DNA of 64,000 nt, from contig NC_057751.1 in assembly GCF_004010195.1 (NCBI RefSeq), positions 15,484,241-15,548,240 of the forward strand, given 5' to 3'. The position numbers were made by a program, and so were the translations under genes. The stretch is from Chiloscyllium plagiosum. Taxonomy: Eukaryota. Of the stretch, positions 39,461-50,620 are shown piece by piece. The first letter of the stretch is position 1, and every line of letters begins with the position of its first letter. The notes beneath the pieces were generated by a model. It was not told the DNA's origin and did not search any database. It saw only the letters and a list, made by a program, of their open reading frames with translations.

Positions 39461-40315
39461 TGTCTGTGGGGACCCTTTGAAAGCATCACTAAACTTGTTC
39501 CAAGTTCCCCAACAACCTTCCCTCTGGTAATTTTCCCCATAATCTTGCAATTGTTCTTCACCTAGTCAAATATTTATCCGATTTTCATTTGCGAGTTACT
39601 ATTCAGTCCGTTGCTGCCATCCTTTTGGGCAGAGTCCAATCATTTCAGCACATAGCAGTTAAAAAAAATGCCCATTTTCTTACACTGTGCTTCGTATCAC
39701 ACTCAATCCAAATCACAAAATGTACTGCCAGCTGTTAATGCAAACAGCAGTTTTTTGGTTGCAGCTCCCTGTGTGGACCTGGCTGTGATTCTCTGTGGCT
39801 TGTTCTAAGTACTTGCGTGTCTTTTTTCGATACACAATGCCATTTGCTGGTGCTAAAGCAGGCTGTGAATGTGAAATAAAAAGACACAGTGCAGTACTTG
39901 GAACAAACATGGAGGTGATCACTTCCTGGGTATACACCCACTTGCTCCATAACTCCAAACAGTTTTGTTTTAAAACAACACACAGTGGGCAGCAATCTGA
40001 GCACAAACCAAACTTAATTTTGACTGCACGATGCACAGCCTTCCTAGTACCAAGTGAAATCTATACTTCTGAGGAATTTGTGATCATATTCTTTCACAGA
40101 GGAAAAGACCAGTGTTTGGACTGGGTTAGGTCGTCTGGTTTCAGCATTTGAAACTAAATTCATTTCTTTCCTTCCATCAGGCAGAATGTACTTGCTTCAG
40201 AGCAAATTCAATGAACAGTCATTCGGATGGTCCCTGAGATGACGGTAATGTCTCGTTAAAAGACATTGAGGGGGTCAGACCTATATTCGCCCGTATTTAG
40301 AAGAGGTGACCTCAC

Positions 40316-40510
40316 TGTACTGGGTGCTCCGGTTTCCTCCCACAGTCCAAAGATGTTGCGGGTCAGGTGAATTGGCCACGCTAAATTGCCCATTGTATTA
40401 GGTACATTAGTAGGGAGTAGGTGAATGGGTCTGGGTGGGTTACACTTCGGAGGGTCGGTGTGGACTTGTTGGGCCGCACTGCAGGGAATCTAATCTCAAA
40501 TCTAATCTGA
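40316..40510 (+). mobile_element. 5'-truncated HE1-type SINE within an older CR1 fragment (~40205-40830)
   Basis: gggtgctccggtttcctcccacagtccaaagatg...taatctcaaatctaatct. Confidence 0.8.
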
Positions 40511-41072
40511 AATATATGGACAGGGCAGACAGATGCTGAGGAAACGTATCTCTTGTTGAGAAATCTAAAACATGGGGGCCACAGTCTCAGAATGGGCAGT
40601 CAACCATTCAGGACAGAACCATTCACTCCAAGTATTGTAACTGTTTTGAATTCTCTACCAGACAGCTGGACGCTCAGCCACTGAATAAATTCAAGGAAGC
40701 CAATGGATTTTTGTGAACTATATGGGGCCGCTGCTGAAAGGCCAAGTTGAGATTATTCAGTTGTAATCTCATTAAATAGTGAATAGGATCGAAGAGGCAA
40801 ATGGTTATAGCTCCTATTTCTCATATTCTAACTGACCCAACAATTTAAGCCAGCCAGAGATATACAGAGCAATGCTGCCTACATGACGTGCAGAGGGCCC
40901 TTGGCCTTCTCTCTGTCATCAGCAAATGACAGTCAGATGCTTCTACTGCATCGTGGACATTTTCTCACTGTAACCCCATTCTGAGACTCGATAATTGTTG
41001 GGAGCCCTCAGTGAGAGCTATGGGGGCACTGTATCGGGGAGCTGCGAGTAAGAATGGGTCTGTCTGTAAGAG

Positions 41073-41188
41073 ACAAAAAAGACTGCAGATGCTGGAATGC
41101 AAAACAGACAGGCAGGAGGCTGGAAGAACTTAGCAAGTCAGGCAGCATTAGGAAGTGGAGAAGTTGACATTTCAGGAGTAACCCTTTT
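41073..41188 (-). mobile_element. Short Penelope-like terminal fragment
   Basis: gactgcagatgctggaat...gcaagtcaggcagcatta; TSD tctgtct(g/a)taagag at 41059-41072 and 41189-41202. Confidence 0.7.
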
Positions 41189-44003
41189 TCTGTCTATAAG
41201 AGCAGGATGGCAGCATTACAACTCAGTCAGAGCTCCAGAGCAGCCTTTCCTCCCTTGGAGCTTGCAGTCTTGAAGTTTCAATGCCATGTTAATTAAACAT
41301 TTGGGCACTAGCCCTTAACACAACTGCAGTCTACGGAGTTCTGGTTAACCAACACAATACACAGCCATACATTGAACTATTTATCCCTCTCTAGTAATTC
41401 CATTGTGTTCAAAAGTCGATTAAAGGAAGCTCACTCTCACCCCGCCCTCTCCATCAACAAAGATCGCAAACAGCCTCCTATCCTAAACCGGATAGGTGAC
41501 ACAAAACAGAGCTGAAGTTGGGAGAAATGGGTTTGAGGGACTGATAAAATTCTTCCTCTCCAGATGGAGGGAAGAGACTTTTAGTGAGAGTTGCAACATT
41601 CCCAGTTTGCACATGCACAAGTAAAGCTATGAACAGGAGGAATTTCACATCGTCTTAGTGATGTTGGAACGAGGGGAAGGCTCTTCAGAGAATATCATGG
41701 GGTAGGGTCAAATTTAGGTACATAGGTGTTCTGCAGTTTCATCACTGACTCTCGAAGTTAAATCCCTTCAACAGTCAATAAACACATTGCACTGGGGTCC
41801 ACGCAAACTGGATTTAGTCTGTTTGAAGAATCATCTCGGGTGTGAAGAGTGTCCTGCCCTTTCCGAATCTGTGCTATTTTTGCAGATGCCTCCACCACCA
41901 ACTACCTTCTCGACTGACACATCATCCCCAAAGTTCACGGTTCAGTGATGTTTGTTTTTGTGGTAATTGTAAGGAGCTCGAGCTACAGTTGCTTTCTCAA
42001 CTCCTGCTTGCCAAGAGACGAGCCAGATTCCAGACTTGCTGCCAATTTCATTGCAGCCAAAAGGATTAAGCGATTAGGGACTCTGAAATGCATTCTCCTT
42101 TCAGAATCCTCTCAATGACACCAGGTTAACGTCTCGTTAAGACAGCTTCAACCTCCCAAACACGGATCAGCTGGAGACTGGAGCCACATGAACACAAATG
42201 CTCATCTGTCTTGCATTAATATTGGGGGAGGTAGGAGGGACGGGTTTGGAGATGAACAGTTGCGCATTCTGCCAAAGATGATTAGAGTACATCCCATTCC
42301 AAAACAGAAGGACGCACAAGTCTTCATCTCAACCGCTGGCTTCCCAACATCCCCTCAAAGAAAGGCTGACCCTTTCTCAGAAATATTTTGCTTTTGAGAA
42401 GTTCAGTAAACGTGGCTGCTGTGGGATTTCACCAATGATTTCCCTCCAAGCTGACAAATTAAGTGATGAATAGTGCTGCACACAACAGGAGAGCTTCACT
42501 GGTCCCTGGGCGTAACTGAAGCCGAAACCTGTTGATTTCCGACACTTTGTACAGCCAATAAACTGCCTCCTTGAAATCAGCCCAAACAAACAGACGTCAC
42601 ATGGATAACAAGATCCAAGAACAATAAGGACAAAGTAAAATGAACTTAAGAAGACAGACAAATAAAAAATCAGTTGAAACAGACATCCCTTCTTCCCCGA
42701 AGGGAGAGAGATGCTTGGCATCATTCTTGGTAATACCACTTTTGAGAGTTAACGGATGAGAATTTTGTTACTGCAAATTATTGATCAAGGTAAACCGGAA
42801 GACCAATAAAATGCTGCTTCAAAATATTTGCCAACAGGCTGGAAGATTCTGCAATTACTTACAAGACAATCAAACAATTCAGAGCAGAAGGTTTATCATG
42901 TGAAGCTCAAGGGCAAGATTTTATCTTTGTGTTGCAAATATGTTTTGATGTTAATGTGCGTTGTGCGGAATATGCATCATCTCCAAACAATAACATGCTC
43001 TTAATGGGTACGTTTTCACAGAAAAAGATCACAAGCTATTTCACCAGGGTGACAGGAATGACATATCGTCCACATTAAGACCAAGGTCTCTTGCACCTAC
43101 CAAAGGTGAGTCCCTGAAATCCCCAAGTTCCTTGTTTATATTTCAATGCCCTAAAAATCAATTCCACAATGCCTGGCACTTAAAGTAATTCCAAACATCT
43201 GGTGTCAAATGGGATCCAACCTTTAACCTCCAACTAAATCCCAAGCCCACAGTGCCTCCTTTCGGCCAACTCACACCACAGCCCCATGCTCAGCCCCCCC
43301 AACCCCCAAACCTTCACCCATCTCAAGCCCAATTTTCTTTCACTGCAACTATTTCCACAGGATGGCTGGATCCCACTGAAGCAAAGTTGAAATGAGGCAG
43401 CACGATAAAGCAACAGAGAGAGGCATGAATTCACAGCCCTTGTGATCTATCAGAGCTTGCATTTCTTTGGAACACTGTGAAACCTGATCTGCACCTTCAT
43501 TTAACTCACAACGGTTACACAATGAGAAACGTGTGTGCATGTAATTGAAAGGCCAAACATGTCATCATATTGAATTCAGTGTTGGGCTTCTGCCAGGCAC
43601 AATATTAGATGTCTCCCTTGATAGTTGCTTTATGAGACTAATCATAGGCCCCGCTGACTGGCAAAGAGTTTTTTTAACTCTGAGGGAATTGTTTTGCTTC
43701 AGCGGGAGTAATGTTTGGGGAGGAATGAAGGACTCACTGATTTTGACATGTGCCAAAACGCCACGCAATGTTCCACACTGGCCCGTAGGGAATCTGGAGA
43801 CTCAGCTCCTCACAGCATTCCAGCTTTACCTTGAATCCAAGTACAAAGCCGCTACGAGACAACCAGGTGAAAGGTGTCCCCACTCTATTTTCTGTACAAA
43901 ACGTTACACATAAAAATCTAATAGGAGCAGAACATAGCCACAACCTTCAATTGACGACACTTAGATGCTGAAAGCTCCTCTGGTCACCATACCATAAAAA
44001 TGA

Positions 44004-44185
44004 GGAGAAAGTGAGGACTGCTGGAGATCAGAGCTGAAAAATGTGTTGCTGGAAAAGCAGAGCAGGTCAGGCAGCATCCAAGGAGCAGGAGAATCTTCAG
44101 AAGAAGGGCTTATGCCAGAAACGTCGATTCTCCTGCTCCTTGGATGCTGCCTGACCTGCTGCGCTTTTCCAGCAACACATTTTTT
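44004..44185. mobile_element. Palindromic non-autonomous Penelope-like element
   Basis: Inverted arms around a hammerhead-like core; perfect 15-bp TSD ataccataaaaatga at 43989-44003 and 44186-44200. Confidence 0.82.
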
Positions 44186-44357
44186 ATACCATAAAAATGA
44201 TACAGGGACACTGGAGAATGATGTCGAGGAGATTTGAAAGCATTTCAAAATGTGTGAGTTTAGGTATCACAAAAGGAATGACTGGCTGGGGCTCTTCCCT
44301 TCTGCAAAATGAAGGGCGAAGGGTGACCTAATAGAATTCCTGAAGGTTTTTGATGGT

Positions 44358-45738
44358 GTGGGAAAGGATATGGAAGATTTCGACTGGAGGGAAATAGATG
44401 GTGACATCTTGCAAAATGTCCACATTACAGAGGAGAAAGTGCTGGATGTCTTGAAGGTGGATAAATCCCCAGGACCTGATCAGGCATACCCGAGAACTCT
44501 GTGGGAAGCTAGAGAAGTGATTGCTGGGCCTCTTGCTGAGATATTTATATCATCGATAGTCACAGGTGAGGTGTCGGAAGACTAGAGGTTGGCAAACGTG
44601 GTGCCACTGTTTAAGAAGGGCGGTAAGGACAAGCCAGGGAACTATAGACCGGTGAGCCTGACCTCGGTGGTGGGCAAGTTGTTGGAGGGAATCCTGAGGG
44701 ACAGGATGTACATGCATTTGGAAAGGCAAGGACTGATTCGGATAGTCAACATGGCTTTGCGTGTGGGAAATCATGTCTCACAAACTTGATTGAGTTTTTT
44801 GAAGAAGTAACAAAGAGGATTGATGAGGGCAGAGCAGTAGATGTGATCTATATGGACTTCAGTAAGGCANNNNNNNNNNNNNNNNNNNNNNNNNNNNNNN
44901 NNNNNNNNNNNNNNNNNNNNNNNNNNNNNNNNNNNNNNNNNNNNNNNNNNNNNNNNNNNNNNNNNNNNNNNNNNNNNNNNNNNNNNNNNNNNNNNNNNNN
45001 NNNNNNNNNNNNNNNNNNNNNNNNNNNNNNNNNNNNNNNNNNNNNNNNNNNNNNNNNNNNNNNNNNNNNNNNNNNNNNNNNNNNNNNNNNNNNNNNNNNN
45101 NNNNNNNNNNNNNNNNNNNNNNNNNNNNNNNNNNNNNNNNNNNNNNNNNNNNNNNNNNNNNNNNNNNNNNNNNNNNNNNNNNNNNNNNNNNNNNNNNNNN
45201 NNNNNNNNNNNNNNNNNNNNNNNNNNNNNNNNNNNNNNNNNNNNNNNNNNNNNNNNNNNNNNNNNNTACAAGGATGTTGCCAGGGTTGGAGGATTTGAGC
45301 TACAGGGAGAGGCTGAACAGGCTGGGGCTGTTTTCCCTGGAGCGTCGGAGGCTGAGGGGTGACCTTACAGAGGTTTACAAAATTATGAGGGGCATGGATA
45401 GGATAAATAGACAAAGTCTTTTCCCTGGGGTGGGGGAGCCCAGAACTAGAGGGCATAGGTTTAGGGTGAGAGTGGAAAGATATAAAAGAGACCTAAGGGG
45501 CAACTTTTTTACGCAGAGGATGGTGCATGTATGGAATGAGCTGCCAGAGGAAGTGGTGGAAGTTGGTACAATTGCAACATTTAAGAGGCATTTGGATGGG
45601 TATATGAATAGGAAGGGTTTGGAGGGATACGGGCCGGGTTCTGGCAGGTGGGACTAGATTGGGTTGGGATACCTGGTCGGCATGGACGGGTTGGACCGAT
45701 GGGTCTGGTTCCGTGCTGTACATCTCTATGACTCTATG
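44358..45738 (+). mobile_element. Young 5'-truncated CR1 LINE (RT domain and 3' tail) spanning an assembly gap
   Basis: KSPGPD, ANVVPLFKKGGKDKPGNYRPVSLTSVVGKLLE, VDVIYMDFSKA, RGHRFRV...FFTQRMVHVWNELP; ends in ctatgactctatg. Confidence 0.93.
44870..45266. other. Assembly gap (397 N)
   Basis: Run of N. Confidence 1.
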
Positions 45739-47488
45739 AGTGGATACAGGGAATGTTTCCTCTTGTTGAGGAAGAGCAGAACCAGAGGCAGTCAAATCAC
45801 AGTCCCCAAGAAATCCAATTGGGAATTCTAGAAGGAACCCCTTCAGCCAGAGAGCGGGGCATGGAATTGCTTAAGTGAATGATATGGGTGTATTTGAGAG
45901 GGAGATTGATACATATAAGAGGGAGAGGGAATAGAGGGTTAAGAGGATGGATTTACAGTAGAGCACAAATGCAGTTAACACACCGGCAGGGAATAGTTGG
46001 GATAAATGGCCTGTTTCTGTGCTGCATGTCCTATATAAACTTACATTCCTAGACTATTCCCAGCACATTTGAATTTGATGGCCCAACTTTGCCTTTCCTT
46101 TTTCCCTCCTGGAGACCCTTGACAAGCAGAAACCCGAACGTAGATTCTGCACTGCTCTCCCAAAACAGTATTGTCGCTTCAATGGTTAACATTTGGATGG
46201 GATGGGTGTGGCGAATGCTGGCCAACAGATCAGAGAAACAACTTGTTCCTTTTTCAGACCCTGCATGGGTCTTTTAACATTGATTCAAACAGGTCTCTCA
46301 CAGACAGGATCCTCAGGTCAATATCCCATCCAGCCAATCGCACCTTCAGTTATGCCATACTTCCTCAGTACATTGTGTGTGCTATATCACAGGACTTTGA
46401 CCCACCTTTGCAAACCTGAGCTAAGATAAGATGCCAGTCACACTCTGAATGCTTCGTGACCTTATACACATGTGTAAATGTGTGTGTATATGAATGTCGT
46501 ATGACCCTATTCCTCTTGCCGCCCATCTGAGTGTACACAGAAGAAACGATTCCCCCACCACGCATTGTGAAGATAGTCTGTAAGAAGGGTATGCTTTGTC
46601 AGCTGAAAGAACAAGAGTGTGCAAACACTGAACGTACTCAGCACGCATCCTTCATCTAATCTTTTGAGTATCAGGTTTCACCTAGAGATGTCAGAGCACA
46701 GCTGGTTTGCATCATGCAACATCTGAAAGCAGGATCTCATGTTCTGTTACCACTGCTGTGAGACGACGAGCAGCTCAGAGCTCAAGAAGGGACGAGAGGA
46801 CAAAGGGGGTTGTGCTGTCAAGAAGGAGATAAACCCTTCACCACCAACCCCGAAACCCCACCACTGCCAGTACGTCTTTTCATGTGTTTACCTCGGTGGA
46901 ATGATCACCCGTGGTACTGTCGGCAGACCATTCTGCTGCTCGGGGATCTGTGTTAAAGATCGCATAGATCGCGTGAGGGCAGAATAGGGATCAGATGTGA
47001 CAGCTGTAAGCTCAGAATGATTGCAGCTCAGGAAGAGGCCACTTGCACAGTTGTGTCAATGCTGGCTCTCTGCAACAGAAAATCACCTGGTTCCACTCAT
47101 CTGTCCCCCCGTAACACTGCAAACTGTTTCTCTTCGAATAATTATCATTTCCTTTTGAAAGTCATCGTTGATTCTGCCTCCATCACACTCCCAGATAGTA
47201 CAGACTAGATCCTAACTGTTTGCAGAGTGAATGAAAGTTTTCCCGCCCTCTGGCTGAAGGGGTTCCTTCTAGAATCCCCAACTAGATTTCTTGGGGACTG
47301 TGATTTGTCTGCCTCTGGTTCTGCTCTTGCCCAACAAAGACAGTAATGGTGGAGGGAGAGTTTTAGGAACAAGGAGTGGGATGCGGAGACTTAGAAAGAG
47401 GTTGGTGAATCTTTCAGCAACTAGCCCTGCTCAGGCTGTCACTGTACGGGGTTATTCCACATTCACACCACCCCGCAGCCTATCTTAC

Positions 47489-47613
47489 CTGGGCATCTGT
47501 ACAGCTTGCGAGCCTGGCTGATATCTCCCTTGCTTAGTCGCGTCCGCTGTCCTATTGGGGGCCGGACACCATTCTCATCGTACCGAGGAAGGATAGTATC
47601 GAGGAAAATTCCC
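47489..47613 (-). CDS. bmp1: BMP1 exon ~7: end of protease domain
   Basis: ctccag|...CCAG|gtaag; [41 protein letters not shown]; 125 nt. Confidence 0.96.
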
Positions 47614-47819
47614 CTGGAGAGAAAAACACTTGTCAGTTAGTCAGTTGGAACCCAAACTGTGTGCTCAGGCAATTGACAGATCCAACATGAGAAGAGATGA
47701 CCTGAACCAAATGGTTGGGTCACTCAGATTGCCAATTGTCAATATGCTGGGAGTACATTCGGAGCAAACATGGTCAATGGGAAGCTGGAGACAGTAAGAC
47801 TGAATGATGCGAGTTTATA

Positions 47820-48200
47820 AAGTCATAGAGATGTACCGCACAGAAACAGACCCTTCATTCAATTCATCCACGTGACAATATATTCTAAATTAATCTCGTC
47901 CCATTTGTCAGCATTTAGCCCATATCTCTGTAAATCCTTCCTGTTCATGTACTCATCCAGGTGCCTTTTAGATGTTGTAATTGTACCAATTTCGACCACT
48001 TCCCCTGGTAGCTCATTTTCTACGTGAAAAAGGTGCCTCTTAGGTGCCTTCTCAGTCTTTCTCCCTCACCTTAAACCGGTGCCCTCCAGTTTTGGACTCC
48101 CATACCCTGGGATAAAAGACCTTGGTTATTCATCCTATCCATGCCACTCATGATGTTATATACTTTTATTATGTCTCCCCTCAATATTCAATGGTCCAGG
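47820..48200 (-). mobile_element. CR1-type LINE 3' fragment
   Basis: Reverse-complement similarity to 45330-45738 and direct similarity to 38685-39060. Confidence 0.8.
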
Positions 48201-49966
48201 AATGGTAAGGAAATTAGAGAGACTGAGGAAAGGGAATCAAAGGGAGAGAGCCTGAGGAAAAGGGAGTTGGAGAGAAAGGGTTTGAGGAAATGGAGTTGGA
48301 GGCAAAAGATAAAGGGAAGATGGATGAATACAGATTGAGTGATGAGTGGGAGAAAAACACAGACAGCAATGTTGGAGGGAGAGATTTAGGGACAAGGAAT
48401 AGGATGCAGAGACTTAGGAAGAGGAGTGGAGGAAGAAAGCCAGAAATAAAGATAATTCTGTGGAAAGGCAGGGGAATGGGAGTGGAGGGGAGGGAGACTG
48501 AGGGATGCGTATAAAGGGGAGGGTGACTAAGGGATGGGAGGAGGGAGGGAAACTGAGGGATGGAAGGAGGGGGCGGTGACTAAGGGATGGGAGAGGAGGA
48601 GATACTCTGATTTACTTTGTACTTGTTCCTGGCCAAAGCTGGGAAGTAACTGGTTCAACACATGTTCCCTGGTCTGCCATAAGAAGTTAATAAAAAATTT
48701 CTGCAGCAGTTCGATTGTTAGAAGAGGCACAAAGTGGGGAAATGGGTTCCTCTCCACATCTGTGCATTCCGGCCAATAGTGAGCTTCTAACAAATCAAAA
48801 CATGGTGGATTCTTTAAAAAAAAAAGACACGCTGAAAAGCTGCAGAATATAATTGCCCACTCTGGGTGCTATTGTGTTAATTATCATTTATCAGTGAACC
48901 CGCACTGAAGGAATGATCTGCTTATATTCTTGTCAGCAGAATACTGAGAGTCGCAGAAGGCCAGGCTGAAGGCAGTGGGAACAGGCAACTGCCCTGGATG
49001 TACTGCCTCAAAAAATTGAATGGCGTCAGACAAGCTGGCAAGGGCAGTGCATCTTGGGCATCACTGGACTCACACATGTCCCAGTCCTGTCTCACTCACC
49101 CATCAACCTTTTCTTCTCAATCATGACACACATCTCACATTCCTTCACCCAACCTACTACTCATCTGCAAGGCTCACACACACGGCCCAAAGCTTGTGTT
49201 TCTTGCGAGCTATTCAACCATGACAGCTGTGCCACCCTCCGTGACATTCTTCGAGTCCTCCCTTGTGCAGGACCATGCCACAGGTGCGGGGCAGGTGCAT
49301 GAAAATATGGAGGATAGAGCAGTCACTGGGTGAGCGGGCACTCTGGAGCACCAACTCCTGTCACAATCCACCCACCCAGTATTGAGACAGTAGACGTTCC
49401 CTGCGCACGTGCTAACAGCCTCAGGGAAATGGTGGGTGGCGTGGCTAGCATGGGGAGTCTGAAGCTCAGTGAATGCCACGGTGAAGGTAAACCCACGCTC
49501 AAGAAGGACTGGACACTTCAAGGTTGAATTTCATACTAATATCTTCAAGCAGGAGCAGTTCAAAGGCCTCCACTCAGTTACCCTAAGAGGACAGAAGCCA
49601 CGGGGGTAAAGTCAACTTGGTTTCCTGCTTCTGATCACCAAGTGTAATCCTTGTAATTACCTCACAGCATCCATTCAGCAGGTGGGAACGGGGCTAAACT
49701 CAGCTGTAAGTCAATCCCCTGTCAATGCTCATTCTCAGACTACCTGTTCAACTGAACTTTCTTGCAGTTAGAAAATCCAGATACCATATCCAGAATGTGC
49801 AAACTTCAGGCATCATGCAATCCTGTCAATCTCCAGGATTTGCATTCCCAGTTAAGGCGCAGGCAGCATGCTGGCCTTTGTATTTGAATGTTGTGAATCC
49901 AAGGTCTACTCCAGAAATCCAACACAAAATCAAGCCTGGCACTTCAGTAGAGTACTGATAAAATGT

Positions 49967-50158
49967 TGGTCAAAAAGTGTGACGCTGGAAAAGCACAGCC
50001 GGTCAGGCAGCATCCAAGGAGCAGGAGAGTTGACGTTTTGAGTATAAGCTCTTCATCAGGAATGCTGGGGATCCCAAGGGGGCTGAGAGATAAATGGGAG
50101 GGAGGGTGGACCTGGGGAAAGGGAGCTAGGAATGCAATTGGTAGATGAAGATGGGGGA
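49967..50158 (-). mobile_element. Short Penelope-like terminal fragment with hammerhead-like core
   Basis: Minus strand CTGATGAagagcttatactcAAAACGTC at 50032-50059; TSD tgataaaatgt at 49956-49966 and 50159-50169. Confidence 0.72.
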
Positions 50159-50214
50159 TGATAAAATGTCGCACTGGCAGAAGTGAAATACTAAGTGTCG
50201 TGTTGTGGGAGAGG

Positions 50215-50620
50215 GAATATTGAGGGACTGTTGAGCATTTAGAGGGTCAGTACTGAGGGAGTGCTGCACTGTCAGAAGATCAGTACTGAGGGAGTGCTGC
50301 ACTGTGAGAAGATCAGGACTGAGGGAACGGTGCACTGTTGGAGGGTAGGTGATGAGGGAGTGCTATTATGTCAGAGGAGGCAATGTTGTACCACTGGAGC
50401 AGCAGTGAAGTTGTACCACTGGAGCAGCAGTGATGAAGGAATGAAACACTGTCAGGGGATCAAAACTGAAGGGGTACTGTACTGGCAGAGAGACAATACT
50501 TCGGGAGTGTTGCACCATCGACTAAGCAGTCCAAGGGAAGATTGTATTGTTGAGAAGCATTATTAACAGAACAATACACTGTTAAAGGAATCATACTGAG
50601 GGAACATTCTGTTTGAGGGA
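50215..50620 (+). repeat. Degenerate ~33 bp tandem repeat (cagtactgagggagtgctgcactgtcagagggt), followed by a Deu-type SINE remnant to ~50960
   Basis: Repeated tactgagggagtgctgcactg; inverse-orientation array at 56575-56860; single unit at 32539-32560. Confidence 0.75.

Noticed and set aside
44771..45456. Long ORFs across poly-X
   Set aside because: Artefact of the 397-N assembly gap inside a CR1.
48200..48600. Purine-rich tract with short duplications (similar tract at 56870-57060)
   Set aside because: Low-complexity GA-rich sequence with no evidence of coding or defined structure.
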